DNA of 64,000 bases from NCBI RefSeq assembly GCF_009834535.1, contig NC_045698.1, positions 7,318,001-7,382,000 on the forward strand, written 5' to 3'. A program made the translations under genes and the position numbers. Position 1 is the first letter of the stretch. Each line of letters opens with the position of its first letter. A model generated the notes under the pieces. The model did not search any database. It saw only the letters and a list, made by a program, of their open reading frames with translations, and was not told the DNA's origin. Below are positions 63,788 through 64,000 of the stretch, piece by piece. Source of the DNA: Camelus ferus. Lineage: Eukaryota.

Positions 63788-64000
63788 CTGTGGCAGGCAG
63801 AATTCTGAATTGGCTTCTGAGATCCCGCCCCCTGGCACATCCACCCTGTAGAATCTCCTGTCCTTGAGTGTGGGCAGCCCTGCGAATACAGCGGGATGGC
63901 TACTCCCCTGCTTATGTTACACTATGTACAGCTCGGGGGTGCCGGCTAGAGGAGATTTTCCTGCTGGCTTTGAGAACTTAGCTTTCACTAGGAGAGGGCC
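63788..64000 (+). mobile_element. MaLR LTR (MLT1-type) 5' part, cut by the window end
   Basis: tgtggcaggcagaattct...ccttgagtgtgggcag...ctgctggctttgag. Confidence 0.65.

Overview
Mammalian genomic DNA, most likely a camelid, judging by two tRNA-Ala(AGC)-derived Vic-1-type SINE copies. Two + strand genes lie in tandem. (1) The 3' part of MARCHF6 (MARCH6/TEB4, ER membrane E3 ligase): 16 coding exons at 2869-31294, about exons 11-26 by human numbering. They splice into one intact frame of 1820 nt ending ...PPPPQSSQE*, followed by a long AT-rich 3' UTR with several poly(A) signals. (2) The complete ROPN1L CDS (ASP, RIIa-domain AKAP-binding sperm/cilia protein): 5 coding exons at 39837-55763, 218 aa, with a CpG-island promoter carrying an RFX X-box. 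The rest is intronic or intergenic sequence with L1, L2, MIR, MaLR and DNA-transposon remnants, and a marked AT-rich to GC-rich shift. Most ORF-track entries are spurious. I found no convincing new multi-gene system. The best observations are a 41-bp copy of MARCHF6 exon 25 inside intron 25, a U12-type minor intron in MARCHF6, a frameshifted human-like C-terminal tail in the ROPN1L 3' UTR, and an L1 insertion with an inverted body and TSDs. Orthologue comparisons, exon numbers and repeat family names are from memory, and repeat boundaries are approximate.
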